This document shows positions 18,213-27,656 of a stretch of DNA of 64,000 nucleotides, piece by piece. Every line of letters begins with the position of its first letter. The first letter of the stretch is position 1. The stretch spans positions 20,884-84,883 of the forward strand of contig JBBDNV010000087.1 in assembly GCA_040877415.1 (NCBI GenBank), in the 5' to 3' direction. Position numbers and translations under genes: made by a program. The notes beneath the pieces were generated by a model. The model ran no database searches. It was given only the letters and a program-made list of their open reading frames with translations, and was not told the DNA's origin. The DNA comes from Pirellulales bacterium. Its GTDB lineage: Bacteria > Planctomycetota > Planctomycetia > Pirellulales > PALSA-1355.

Positions 18213-19637
18213 CTAGCGGCGGATGGTGACGCGGGAGCCGAGGCTGAGAATGTCGTAGACGTCCTCGGCGTCGCGTTCGCTTAAGCTGATCGACCCGGGA
18301 AGGTCGGTGCGGCCGATGCTCTCGGGGTTATTCGTGCCGTGAATGCCGATGCCGCTGCCCAGGCCGATCCAACGCTCGCCGAGCGGATTGTCACTTTCCT
18401 CGGCGCCGATGGCTCGATCGCGGCCGTAGTAGACCGGATTGACGACTTTTTCGGCGACGGGAAACGTGCCTTCCTGAGGCGGGTGTTCGCCGCCGATGCC
18501 GATCTTGAACCGGCCGGCATACGAGCCGTCGGCCGCAAACAGCGTCAGTTCGCGCTTCTGGAGACTGACGATCGCCTGGAACGGACCGCGCACGACTTTG
18601 AGCCGCTCGCCCGGCCGCAGCGCCGACGGATCGTCGATGCCGTTGATCTTGGCCAACAATTGCCACGGCACGCTGTACTTTTCGCCGATGTCTTCCAGAC
18701 GTTCACCGCTCTGGACCTCGTAAGGCGGTTCGAGCAGATTCTGCGTCGAATAAACCACCGTGCCGGCCACCTGATCCAAAAGCTCGTTGAGCTGCTGGTG
18801 CTCGGCGGGTGAAAGCTCAGGACGGTCGTACCACTTGGAAAGCTGGCGCAAGGCAGAGGCCATTTGGCCGCCTTCCAATTCGCGCTTGGCCGCTGCGACC
18901 GCCGCTGCGAAATCGCTCGACGCCCCGGCCGCGGGCGGCGGACTGCCGCTCGTCGACGCTTGATCCGGCGGCGCCGGATTACCGGATGGCGCAGGAGAAC
19001 CAGGCCCAGGCCCGCCTTCAGCCGGCGGCGCTTGATATCGGTCCGGCACGCCGGACTCATCCGAGCCGGCGTAAGGGTCCACGACCGGGCCTTCCTGCGC
19101 GCCTGGCACTGAGGGACCCGTGCCCGCCGGTCCCGCCGGCGGTTGGTTTTCGTTTTGCGCCTTGAACGGCTGCCCAGGATCTTGCTGCGGCTGGCCGGCT
19201 GGCTGGCCGGCGGCATTCGGCGGCGGCGGATTGGTGCCGGCATACGGCGGAGCCTCGCTCGCGCCCACCCCCGGGGTCAAAGGCGGGGCCTGCCCTGTCG
19301 GCGGGTATTGCCCCGCGGGCGGTCGAGGACCACCGGGTGGAGCCGGGGCTACGGATGCCGCGGCGGAAGGTGGGTGGTAGGATGGCGCTTCGCCGCCGGT
19401 CGGCGGCGGCGCGGCCGCGTTGGGGGACGCACCAAATGGTCCCGCCGGGCCCGGAGCTTGCGCAGGCGGCGGACCCCACGGCGCGGAACTCGGCTGGTCG
19501 GGCAACTGCACGTTGGGCGTCGTATCCCAACCTGCGGCAACCGGCGGCGCACCGTTTCCGCTGTTGAGCCGGATGTACACTCCGTAGCCAATTCCTGCCA
19601 GGACGGCAACGATCAATAGCGGCTTCAGCGTATTCAC
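18213..19637 (-). CDS. Membrane-anchored proline-rich protein with LysM and L,D-transpeptidase (YkuD) domains
   Basis: N-terminal TM (LLIVAVLAGIGYGVYI), then a long Pro/Ala/Gly-rich spacer. LysM is YEVQSGERLEDIGEKYSVPWQLLAKINGI. The YkuD catalytic region is IGIHGTNNPESIGRTDLPGSISL (Ser at the usual Cys position). Confidence 0.75.
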   Translation of the reverse strand: MNTLKPLLIVAVLAGIGYGVYIRLNSGNGAPPVAAGWDTTPNVQLPDQPSSAPWGPPPAQAPGPAGPFGASPNAAAPPPTGGEAPSYHPPSAAASVAPAPPGGPRPPAGQYPPTGQAPPLTPGVGASEAPPYAGTNPPPPNAAGQPAGQPQQDPGQPFKAQNENQPPAGPAGTGPSVPGAQEGPVVDPYAGSDESGVPDRYQAPPAEGGPGPGSPAPSGNPAPPDQASTSGSPPPAAGASSDFAAAVAAAKRELEGGQMASALRQLSKWYDRPELSPAEHQQLNELLDQVAGTVVYSTQNLLEPPYEVQSGERLEDIGEKYSVPWQLLAKINGIDDPSALRPGERLKVVRGPFQAIVSLQKRELTLFAADGSYAGRFKIGIGGEHPPQEGTFPVAEKVVNPVYYGRDRAIGAEESDNPLGERWIGLGSGIGIHGTNNPESIGRTDLPGSISLSERDAEDVYDILSLGSRVTIRR

Positions 19638-19912
19638 AAGTTCGTCCTCCCTGACGACACCGGCGAAAAGCGCAATCGCGAACGGGTCTTAAACGGTACG
19701 AGTTCGCTGTGGAAATGATACGCGCGACGCGGCCGACACGGGCACCGAGGCATCGCGGCCCGCCCGCTCGTCGGTAGTGCCCTAGTTTTCGAGTGCGGAT
19801 CATAGGCCAAGGGCCCATTCGAAGCCAGCCCAAAGTAGGCGGACGGCTGCGTGCACGTCCGGGTGAAGCCGGAAGCACGGTGAATTCCCAAGATGCCAGC
19901 ATCCGCCGGCCG

Positions 19913-21265
19913 TCAGCTTGGATTCGGCGGCTGGCCGCCCGGTTCTGACTGCTTCGACTGCCGCAGCCGGGCGCGAATCGCTTCCAGCCGCCGGGCCAGC
20001 TCGCTTTCATGGCCGCGATCCACCGGGCGGTAGTACTCGCGGTCGACGCCCAGATAGTCTTGTGCGGCGATAGCATCGGGGCTGTTATGCGAATACTGGT
20101 ATCCGACACCGTGGCCGAGCCGCTTGGCGCCCGCGTAATGGCTGTCGCGCAGGATCACCGGAACCGGCAAGAGCCGGCCTTGGCGCACGTCGGCTACGGC
20201 CTCGGACAGGGCCACCATCGAGGCGTTCGACTTCGGCGCGCAGGCCATGTAAGTCACCGCCTGGGCCAGGTTCAATTGGCACTCGGGCAGACCGACGAAT
20301 TCGCAGGCTTGCATCGTCGCGGTGGCCAGCGGCAAGGCATGTGGATCGGCGTTGCCCACGTCCTCGCTGGCGAAGATCACGATCCGCCGGGCCAGAAAGC
20401 GCACGTCCTCGCCGGCTTCGAGCATCCGGGCCAGCCAGTAAATGGCCGCGTCGGGATCGCTGCCGCGCATGCTCTTGATCAACGCGCTGGCGGCATCGTA
20501 ATGGGCATCGCCGGTGCCGTCGTATTCGACGGCTTTGCGCTGCACCGAATCTTCGGCCAGGGCGCGAGTAAATTCCACCGGGCGCTGGTGGCTCGAAAGC
20601 ACGCCGACTTCCAGGGCGCTTAGCGCCCGGCGCGCGTCGCCGTCGCTCACTTCGGCCAGGAATTCGAGCGCGTCGTCGTGCATCCGCACCTCGTATTGGC
20701 CCAATCCGCGCTCGCGGTCGGCCAGCGCTCGGCGGATGAGCGTTTTGACGTCGTCTTTCGACAAGGGCTCGAATTGGAAAATGCGGCTGCGGCTCACCAG
20801 CGCGCTGTTGATGGCGAAAAACGGGTTCTGCGTCGTCGCGCCGACCAGAATCACGATGCCCTCCTCCACGTCGGGCAATAGCACGTCTTGCTGCGCTTTG
20901 TTGAAGCGATGGATCTCGTCGATGAACAGCAGTGTGCGCGTGCCGTCGGCCGACAGCCGGTCGCGGGCCGCTTCGAGCACTTCGCGCAGCTCTTTCACGC
21001 CGCTCGTGACGGCGCTGAGCTGCACGAACTTGCTGCGGCTGGCCTGGGCCAGCACGTGCGCAAGCGTGGTCTTGCCGGTCCCCGGCGGACCGTAAAAGAT
21101 GACCGAATCGAGTCGATCGGCCGCCAGCAGCCTCCCGAGCAGTTTCCCTTCGCCCAAAAAATGCCGCTGTCCGACGAATTCCTCGAGCGAGCGGGGGCGC
21201 ATCCGCGCCGCCAGCGGCTGCGCGTTGCGTCTGTTTGCGGCTTCGCTGGCTTCGAACAGGGACAT
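19913..21265 (-). CDS. rarA: Replication-associated recombination protein A (AAA+ ATPase)
   Basis: Start at MSLFEAS. LAARMRPRSLEEFVGQ, Walker A GPPGTGKTT, Walker B LFIDEIHRFNKAQQD, and the C-terminal MgsA domain (YDAASALIKSMRGSDPDAAIYWLARM). Confidence 0.9.
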   Translation of the reverse strand: MSLFEASEAANRRNAQPLAARMRPRSLEEFVGQRHFLGEGKLLGRLLAADRLDSVIFYGPPGTGKTTLAHVLAQASRSKFVQLSAVTSGVKELREVLEAARDRLSADGTRTLLFIDEIHRFNKAQQDVLLPDVEEGIVILVGATTQNPFFAINSALVSRSRIFQFEPLSKDDVKTLIRRALADRERGLGQYEVRMHDDALEFLAEVSDGDARRALSALEVGVLSSHQRPVEFTRALAEDSVQRKAVEYDGTGDAHYDAASALIKSMRGSDPDAAIYWLARMLEAGEDVRFLARRIVIFASEDVGNADPHALPLATATMQACEFVGLPECQLNLAQAVTYMACAPKSNASMVALSEAVADVRQGRLLPVPVILRDSHYAGAKRLGHGVGYQYSHNSPDAIAAQDYLGVDREYYRPVDRGHESELARRLEAIRARLRQSKQSEPGGQPPNPS

Positions 21266-21464
21266 GCAGGGTTTCGCGGTCAAGACGTAGGGCAAAATGC
21301 GTCACTTCATTGTACGCGACGCGGGAATCGGCGAGGAGCGACGTAAGGGCGGGGTAGTGTCTGAACAGTGAGTTGGTCGCCGCTACTCCCCAGAGTCCGG
21401 TAGTGTCGAAACTGTGTGTTGCTGGCTGGTCAGAAATGCAACCACAGTCAGCAGGCAGGTGGTT

Positions 21465-21689
21465 CTATGCGTCTAGGAATTCCTCTAAGGGAACGGACGC
21501 CTGCTTCAAGATGCCATGCAACGTTCCCTTTTTGACTGCTTTGCTACCGTGGCATGGCACGGTAGTCATTGCGGCCGAAACCGCGTGCCGCAGGATCACA
21601 TGGCCGTCCTTGCAGTGGTCTTCCTCAAAACCTAGGCGCTTCAATCGCCGAACAACCTCAGCACCAGTTAGCTGGGGTAGCTTAGCCAT
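21465..21689 (-). CDS. hicA: Type II toxin HicA
   Basis: 74 aa from MAKLPQLTGAEVVRRLKRLGFEE...GHVILRH...KKGTLHGILKQA, the classic HicA pattern. Its start overlaps the hicB end by 8 nt. Confidence 0.8.
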   Translation of the reverse strand: MAKLPQLTGAEVVRRLKRLGFEEDHCKDGHVILRHAVSAAMTTVPCHGSKAVKKGTLHGILKQASVPLEEFLDA

Positions 21690-22017
21690 TAACCTTGATC
21701 CGACGTCGCTTGGCGTTCGCGGGAATATCCAAGGCTGGACCATGAGAGAACAGCATTTCTTCGTGGTGCTTGCGCCTTGCTTCCAGCATCGCAATGAACG
21801 CTTCTGCGATGTTTGATTCCGCCTCTTCCAGCGTATCGCCTTGGCTGATTACGCCAGGATAGTTAAGAGCGAAGATCGAAAAGCCGCCATCATCCTCTGG
21901 ACATGCCACAGCGACAAATTCATGGGGGGGAGGCGTCTGATGCGTCCACACAATGCGCACAATCTTGCCTCGTGAGGCCACACCTGCTTCGCGGGAAAGT
22001 GGAGAAAGTACCGTCAT
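21682..22017 (-). CDS. hicB: HicB-family antitoxin (short form, no obvious DNA-binding domain)
   Basis: Start at MTVLSP. The HicB/UPF0150 core is FVAVACPEDDGGFSIFALNYPGVISQGDTLEEAESNIAEAF. An ATGA overlap joins it to the upstream ORF. Confidence 0.7.
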   Translation of the reverse strand: MTVLSPLSREAGVASRGKIVRIVWTHQTPPPHEFVAVACPEDDGGFSIFALNYPGVISQGDTLEEAESNIAEAFIAMLEARRKHHEEMLFSHGPALDIPANAKRRRIKVNG

Positions 22018-22484
22018 TGATCGGCTCCCGGTTCGGTTGCTTGCTCTTCGGCTTTTTTTACTGTAATGCGCCATGATCCAAGGATTTCGCCATCGTGCAA
22101 AAGATCGAGAGAGTAGTTCCCGACCTTATCTGTTGGGAGCAATGGCATCGGCAATACATACTCGGCAACCGCTACTGGGTCCGCAGCGGTCACAACAACC
22201 TGTGCTTCAAATAAAACGCATGAATCAGATAAGTCCACGAATTTCAGGCTAAGCGGAAGTTGTCCGTGAACTTCCACTAGGGCGAGATAAAGATACGGCG
22301 ACCCAGCTTTGGTTATTGGCTGTGAAATAACTTGCCGTTGGTCATCACCCTCGCTCGTCAGGGCAACCTTCGCCGTTCCGAATAGGATTCCAGTGAATGT
22401 ACCGGAAATGATATGTTTGCCGGTCAACCTATCCTGATAAACATGATCTGCAAGCACCATTGCTTGCAGGATGGGCTTTGGCAT
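22014..22484 (-). CDS. Hypothetical protein, first gene of the X-hicB-hicA operon
   Basis: 156-aa ORF in AT-richer DNA, translationally coupled to hicB. The N-terminus MPKPILQAMVLADHVYQDRLTGKHIISGTF looks like a small beta-rich family that I cannot name with confidence. Confidence 0.5.
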   Translation of the reverse strand: MPKPILQAMVLADHVYQDRLTGKHIISGTFTGILFGTAKVALTSEGDDQRQVISQPITKAGSPYLYLALVEVHGQLPLSLKFVDLSDSCVLFEAQVVVTAADPVAVAEYVLPMPLLPTDKVGNYSLDLLHDGEILGSWRITVKKAEEQATEPGADQ

Positions 22485-22722
22485 TTGTGCCGCCTTTCAA
22501 TCAGCCAGATACTTGTGTCGTGGTAATCGTGCGGTCAATGCCAGATGAGCCAACGCCTGCAGAGTACCGCACGATTACCACAATTGCCAGCGATTTGAGT
22601 GCCAAAAAGCACTGGAAAATGCGAACCCAGCCAGCCGGCGAGCGTCTACCATATTCTATGGACGCGATCAAGTTCATTCAAATCGGGCCGCTCTGAGGAG
22701 CGGCCCGCGTCTTGGCGGCGCA

Positions 22723-22788
22723 GGGGTCTTATAAGCCCCGCGAGGGATCGGCTTGCGCCGAATGGGTTCGATTCCCTTCTCTCCGCTA
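22723..22788 (+). other. tRNA-like fragment (anticodon-arm-like hairpin, long variable region, T-arm-like GGGTTCGATTCCC, 3' acceptor-like tail)
   Basis: GGGGT-CTTATAA-GCCCC (22723-22739), a 22-nt spacer, then ATGGG-TTCGATT-CCCTT (22762-22778) and CTCTCCGC. I could not find a matching 5' acceptor strand or D arm. Confidence 0.3.
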
Positions 22789-22905
22789 GCGCTTGCCTTG
22801 CGCTTTCACAGCGGCTTTAGACAGACAATCCCGAATCCAGGCCGACAGCTTTTGGTCTGCCTTTTCCGCAGCCCGCTCGCATTGTGCGCGCTCGGCCTTG
22901 GTCAT
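22786..22905 (-). CDS. Possible small ribbon-helix-helix protein (start uncertain)
   Basis: VVPVRMTKAERAQCERAAEKADQKLSAWIRDCLSKAAVKA has an RHH-like strand-helix-helix pattern. The only ATG gives 39 aa, and a longer form would need a non-ATG start. Confidence 0.25.
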   Translation of the reverse strand: MTKAERAQCERAAEKADQKLSAWIRDCLSKAAVKAQGKR

Positions 22906-23174
22906 GCGGACAGGCACGACACTACCAAGGGCGGCGATCGTGATACGTTCTCGCTCACCCTCAAGCGTCCATCGTGCAAAGCAGCGAAAACGCGCGGCCG
23001 GCCGGATTTTGCTTGCAAGCGGCCATCGATCGGCTAAGCTCAAGGGCGATTTGTTCCCGCCGTTTTCCTGCCCCCCTACCCGCCCGCGGCTGTTCTCGAC
23101 GTTACGCTTTCGCAACCGAGCGCGTCCCACGCGACGATGCGCGGCCCGCGGGCCCCACCAACGGGAGAAACACG

Positions 23175-24191
23175 ATGGTCGCCCCTGCTCCCCGCCGGCC
23201 CCGAAGTGGTTTTACGCTTGTTGAGCTGTTGGTCGTGATCGCGATTATCGGCATCCTGGTGGCGCTTTTGCTGCCCGCCATACAGGCCGCCCGCGAGGCG
23301 GCGCGTGCCTCGCAGTGTAAAAACAACCTGCGCCAAATCGGCGTGGCGCTGCAAAACTTCGAGACCGCGCGGAAGCGATTCCCATCGGGTGGACAGGGCA
23401 CGCTGCCGGGCACCAACGAAACCGGCTACGATCTGCACTCGACCTTTACCTTGATCCTGCCCTACATGGAGCACACGGAGCTGTCGGACCTCGTGAATTT
23501 GAAGTTCGCCTACAACGACAAAAACTGGCCGGGCAATCAATTCGCCGCCAAGACGCGAATTGACACGCTGTTGTGCCCCAGCAACCCGTATGCGGAAGAA
23601 GATCCGCAAGGTTACGGCCAGACCGATTACGTACCGACCGTGCACGCCGACATCAGTCCCACTACGGGCGTTCTGGATAACGACACGCGGATGGATGGCG
23701 CCCTGGCGCTGGGGGGCACGCGCATCGGCCGCATCACGGACGGCACAAGCCATACGATCGCGATGGCCGAAGATTGTCCCGTGAATTACGAGACGGTGTT
23801 CCCGTTCATTGTGTCGGCCAGCCCCGACCCTGTTGTCGCCGCCGCCAACAATGCCGATCCACCCGCTCCGAGCAAGCACCGTTCGGCCAATCGCTGGGCC
23901 GAGCCGGACAACGGCATCGGCATCTCGGGACCGTCCAATTCCACGGAGGGTCATCTGCGCAGTCCGGTCAACAATAACAGCGAGCCGCCCGGTGGGCCCG
24001 CCGACTGCCGTTGGACAAGGTCCAACTGCGGTCCCAACAGCGAAATCTTCAGTTTCCATCCCGCCGGGGCCCACGTCATGTTGTGCGATGGCAGCGTCAA
24101 TTTGCTGCGCGACGCGATCGATCCTCGCGTGCTGCGCAAACTGGTGACCCGCGCCGAAGGCACGGAGGTCGACTCCGGCGATTATCAGTAG
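23175..24191 (+). CDS. DUF1559 domain-containing protein with prepilin-type N-terminal cleavage/methylation domain
   Basis: GGAG precedes ATG 23175. [46 protein letters not shown]-terminal H-X9-DG motif ([13 protein letters not shown]). Confidence 0.85.
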   Translation: MVAPAPRRPRSGFTLVELLVVIAIIGILVALLLPAIQAAREAARASQCKNNLRQIGVALQNFETARKRFPSGGQGTLPGTNETGYDLHSTFTLILPYMEHTELSDLVNLKFAYNDKNWPGNQFAAKTRIDTLLCPSNPYAEEDPQGYGQTDYVPTVHADISPTTGVLDNDTRMDGALALGGTRIGRITDGTSHTIAMAEDCPVNYETVFPFIVSASPDPVVAAANNADPPAPSKHRSANRWAEPDNGIGISGPSNSTEGHLRSPVNNNSEPPGGPADCRWTRSNCGPNSEIFSFHPAGAHVMLCDGSVNLLRDAIDPRVLRKLVTRAEGTEVDSGDYQ

Positions 24192-24236
24192 GTGCTTGAG
24201 AAGGCTTCGTAGAGTTGCGCGGAGGCCTACCGGATC

Positions 24237-24914
24237 ATGTCCGCTGAGCTCGACCACTTTTTCATCTGCACGTCGCGCGGCGCTCCCGAAGTCGAGCAAC
24301 TCGCGCGGTTCGGCCTGGCAGAAGGCGCGCCAAATCGACACCCCGGGCAGGGGACGGCCAATCGGCGCTTTTTCTTCGAGAACGCCTTCTTGGAACTGTT
24401 GTGGGTCGAGGATCCAACTGAGACGCAGAGTGCGCTAGTGCGCCGTACGGGCCTGTGGGAGCGCTGGTCCAACCGCTGCGATGGCGCTTCGCCCTTTGGC
24501 GTTTGCCTGCGGTCTGCCGGCACGGAACCGTCGGGGGCGCCATTTGCGACGTGGGAATATCGGCCGCCGTATTTGCCGGCGCCGTTGGTAATCCACATGT
24601 CCGCCAGCTCACAAATCAGCCAATCGCCGCTTTTGTTTTACATCGCCTTCGGCCGCCGTCCCGATGCGGACGATCCGTCGCGCAGGCAGCCACTTAAGCA
24701 TCCGGCCGGCCTGCGAGCGATCACTCGACTTGAGATTGCCGTGCCGATGGGGAGCCAGTCTCATCCGCCCGAGCAAGAAGCGCTCGAGCAGCAGTGTTCG
24801 GATGTGCGGGTGGTTGGCGGCAGCGGGCATCTCGTCGAAGTCAGCTTCGACGGCCGGAAGCTCGGCCAAACTGCCGATTTCCGTCCGGCCCTTCCGCTCG
24901 TGTTCCATTGGTGA
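24237..24914 (+). CDS. Glyoxalase-like (VOC superfamily, Glyoxalase_3-type) protein
   Basis: LDHFFICTS...GLAEGAPNRHPGQGTANRRFFFENAFLELLWV is the pattern of the glyoxalase-like domain family. Confidence 0.6.
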   Translation: MSAELDHFFICTSRGAPEVEQLARFGLAEGAPNRHPGQGTANRRFFFENAFLELLWVEDPTETQSALVRRTGLWERWSNRCDGASPFGVCLRSAGTEPSGAPFATWEYRPPYLPAPLVIHMSASSQISQSPLLFYIAFGRRPDADDPSRRQPLKHPAGLRAITRLEIAVPMGSQSHPPEQEALEQQCSDVRVVGGSGHLVEVSFDGRKLGQTADFRPALPLVFHW

Positions 24915-25058
24915 AGGGCAGGGCGGGCGATTCCATGCAAGCCCGGCCACCGGACGCTAAATAGGTCCTCCGCGAGACCGTCGCGATACGGGCGCGACAG
25001 TTCGCGGCATTCGCGAAGCAAATGCCGCCAGCACTGGTATGGATCCGGCGAGGTTTGT

Positions 25059-26144
25059 TCAAAACAGCCGAAGTTGTCCGCTGGTGGGTCGGGGCGGAGC
25101 GAACTTCGAGTGGTCCAACGGCGCCAGCGGACGGTCGAGGCCGTGCTTTTTGCGGAAGATCTGAAAGGTTTTCTCGATCCCTTCGGCGTAGTGGCCCTGG
25201 CCGCGCATGCGGCGACCCCACTGGCTGTCGTTCATCCGGCCGCCGCGGGTTTGGCGAATGAGAGCCAGCACGCGCGGGGCTTTGTCGGGATAATTGCGCG
25301 TGATCCACTCTTCGAAAATCGGACGCACGGCATAGGGGAGCCGCAGCAGGATGTAGCTGGCGCTCGCGGCGCCCGCTTCCTTCGCCGCCGCGAGAATGGC
25401 GGGAATCTCCTGGTCGTTTAAGCCGGGGATGATCGGAGACGTCATCACGCCGGTTGGCACGCCCGCGGTCGCCAGTTCGCGGATCGTCCGCAGACGCGCT
25501 TCGGGCGTTGCGGTGCGCGGTTCCATGGTGCGGGCCAGGTTGGAATCGAGCGTGGTGATGCTCACATGAACGTGCACGAGGTTTTCGGCCGCCAGGCGAG
25601 CGAGCAGATCGACGTCGCGCGTCACCAGGGCGTTTTTGGTGACGATGCCCAGCGGCTGCCGGGCTTCGAGCATCACTTCCAAACAGCCGCGCGTGAGGCG
25701 CAGCTTTCGTTCGGCCGGCTGATAACAGTCGGTCACGCCGGAAATGATGATTAGCTCGCCGTGCCAATTCTCGTCGGCCAGCTCGGCCCGCAACATTTCG
25801 GCCGCGTCGTGCTTGACCATGATTCTCGATTCGAAATCGAGCCCGGCATTCATGCCCAACAGCTCGTGGCTCGGCCGAGCGTAGCAATAGACGCAGCCAT
25901 GTTCACAGCCTCGATAAGGATTGATGCTATAGCGGAAAGGCACGTCGGGGCTGTCGTTGGTGCTGATGAACGTGCGGCTGCGGTCGGGCAGAAAGACGGT
26001 CGGCACCCGCCGCACGTCGGGCAGATCTTCGGCATTGTCGAGCTGCTCCAGGTCGTCTTCCAGGCGCACCCGCTCAAAGCGATTGGGCGGGCTGATGCCC
26101 GACGCGCGGCCGACAATTCTGGGTTGCGAAGACTGGGGATGCAT
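25059..26144 (-). CDS. PA0069-family radical SAM protein
   Basis: Start at MHPQSS. N-terminal PNRFE, then the radical SAM cluster motif NPYRGCEHGCVYCYARP. Confidence 0.8.
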   Translation of the reverse strand: MHPQSSQPRIVGRASGISPPNRFERVRLEDDLEQLDNAEDLPDVRRVPTVFLPDRSRTFISTNDSPDVPFRYSINPYRGCEHGCVYCYARPSHELLGMNAGLDFESRIMVKHDAAEMLRAELADENWHGELIIISGVTDCYQPAERKLRLTRGCLEVMLEARQPLGIVTKNALVTRDVDLLARLAAENLVHVHVSITTLDSNLARTMEPRTATPEARLRTIRELATAGVPTGVMTSPIIPGLNDQEIPAILAAAKEAGAASASYILLRLPYAVRPIFEEWITRNYPDKAPRVLALIRQTRGGRMNDSQWGRRMRGQGHYAEGIEKTFQIFRKKHGLDRPLAPLDHSKFAPPRPTSGQLRLF

Positions 26145-26250
26145 GACGCGACGCCTGCTGCCACGGATACTGTACAATTGTACAATATCGGGCAAGGGTT
26201 GCAAAGAGGGCGCACCCCCACGCCCTCTCGGCCGTTTCGTGGGAGCCGAC

Positions 26251-26317
26251 GCGTGCCGCGGGTGGCTCGTCCGCCCGTGCTGCCCCGCACGCTGCTGGAT
26301 AGGCCAGTGGCGCCCGG
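26251..26317 (-). repeat. Palindromic 34-nt repeat unit (reverse orientation) plus CCAGTGGCGCCC tail
   Basis: GCGTGCCGCGGGTGGCTCGTCCGCCCGTGCTGCC matches 30/34 against the reverse complement of the unit at 27657. It lies upstream of cax. Confidence 0.65.
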
Positions 26318-26404
26318 CTGTTCATGCCCAATTCGCGCGGCGTTCCCCTGGCTGGCACGTCGGGTTAGTATGACCGCTTTCCAACGCCCGGGAGTAACCC
26401 GCCC

Positions 26405-27595
26405 ATGCCGCCGCAACAAGGGCGCTCGTGGTTCCAACAGACCTGGCACAGGCTGGGCGCGCATCCGCTCGATGGGCTGCTGGTGGCGTTTCCCGTGGCG
26501 CTGGCGGCGCGGTATTTCGGGGCCGGCGACGTGTGGGTGTTCGTCGCTTCCGGGGTGGCGATTATTCCGCTGGCCGGGCTGATGGGCCGCGCCACCGAAA
26601 GCCTGGCGGCCACGCTGGGCGCCGGCGTCGGTGGGCTGCTCAACGCCACCTTCGGCAACGCCGCGGAATTGATCATCGCCTTGGTCGCGCTGTGGGAAGG
26701 CCCCCAGATGTATCCGCTCGTGAAAGCGTCGATCACAGGATCGATTATCGGAAACGTGCTGTTGGTGTTGGGCCTGGCCGTGGCGCTGGGAGGCATGCGG
26801 CACAAATATCAGCGGTTCAATCGCACGGCGGCCAGCATGGGCGCGACGCTTTTGACCCTGGCCACCGTGGGTCTGATCATGCCGACCTTGTACTATTACG
26901 TTTTCGCCGCCGGCCGCCCGCTCGAACCGGCGCAGTTGACGACCGTCGAGTTTCTCAGCGAAGAAATCGCCGCCATCCTGGCAGGCGTGTACGTGTTGAG
27001 CCTGGTGTTCATGTTCGTCACGCACCGCAGTCTGTTCGACGCTTCCGAGCAACGCGCCAAGAGCGCCCAAGCCCAGCGCGAGGAGGAACCGCATTGGAAC
27101 CGGCCCGCGGCGCTGTCGGTGCTGCTTGCGGCCACGGTCTGCGTGGCAGTCGTGGCCGAATTGCTGGTCGGATCGGTCGAGGCGGCCGCGCACGAATTGG
27201 GCATGAGCCGGGTCTTCGTAGGCATCATCGTGGTGGCCATCGTGGGCAACGCGGCCGAACATTCGACCGCGGTGTTGGCGGCCATGAAAAACAAGATGGA
27301 TTTGGCGGTCAACATCGCCGTGGGCAGCGGCATCCAGATTGCCCTGTTCGTGGCGCCCTTGCTGGTTTTCGCGAGCATTGCCATGGGGCACGAGCGGCCG
27401 ATGGATCTGCATTTTACGCCGCTGGAGATCGTGGCCGTCGTGATCGCGATCCTCGTACTGGCGCTGGTGGCGCAGGACGGTGAAAGCCATTGGCTGGAGG
27501 GGATTATGCTGTTGGCGGTGTACGCGATATTGGCGCTTGCCTTTTATCACCTGGGCGAAATTTCACCCCCCGAAATGACGGTCCCCGGAAGCTAG
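26405..27595 (+). CDS. cax: Calcium/proton exchanger (CaCA family)
   Basis: Two alpha-repeat signatures, [13 protein letters not shown] and [13 protein letters not shown]. About 11 TM segments with an acidic central loop. Confidence 0.85.
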   Translation: MPPQQGRSWFQQTWHRLGAHPLDGLLVAFPVALAARYFGAGDVWVFVASGVAIIPLAGLMGRATESLAATLGAGVGGLLNATFGNAAELIIALVALWEGPQMYPLVKASITGSIIGNVLLVLGLAVALGGMRHKYQRFNRTAASMGATLLTLATVGLIMPTLYYYVFAAGRPLEPAQLTTVEFLSEEIAAILAGVYVLSLVFMFVTHRSLFDASEQRAKSAQAQREEEPHWNRPAALSVLLAATVCVAVVAELLVGSVEAAAHELGMSRVFVGIIVVAIVGNAAEHSTAVLAAMKNKMDLAVNIAVGSGIQIALFVAPLLVFASIAMGHERPMDLHFTPLEIVAVVIAILVLALVAQDGESHWLEGIMLLAVYAILALAFYHLGEISPPEMTVPGS

Positions 27596-27656
27596 AGAGT
27601 CCGTTTCGGACTTAGGCATCACGCGGCGTGCCGCCGCCGGTTGGTGCGACAGCGCG

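Noticed and set aside
19638-19912. Possible SRP (4.5S) or other ncRNA, because of GCCGGAAGCACGG resembling the GGAA tetraloop region.
   Set aside because: The helix closing the putative tetraloop does not pair, and the conserved symmetric-loop sequence (GGAAGCAGC context) is absent. This is more likely just the promoter and 5' UTR of the LysM/YkuD gene. An Rfam scan would settle it.
22700-22790. An intact tRNA gene, possibly class II with a long variable arm.
   Set aside because: I found no D arm and no 5' acceptor strand complementary to CTCTCCG/TCTCCGC, even allowing G-U pairs. The anticodon-like loop (CTTATAA) does not fit a class-II tRNA identity. It is kept only as a tRNA-like fragment.
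25850-27550. 566-aa ORF on the minus strand, and similar long ORFs at 49456-51357 (-), 31170-32588 (+), 9637-10545 (+), 5740-6774 (+) and 23076-24341 (-).
   Set aside because: All are antisense shadows of well-supported genes (cax, the HyfG-like gene, the FAD oxidoreductase, PLD/Cls, the amidohydrolase and DUF1559). Their translations are Arg/His/Gln/Gly-rich with no recognisable motifs. Long antisense ORFs are expected in GC-rich DNA.
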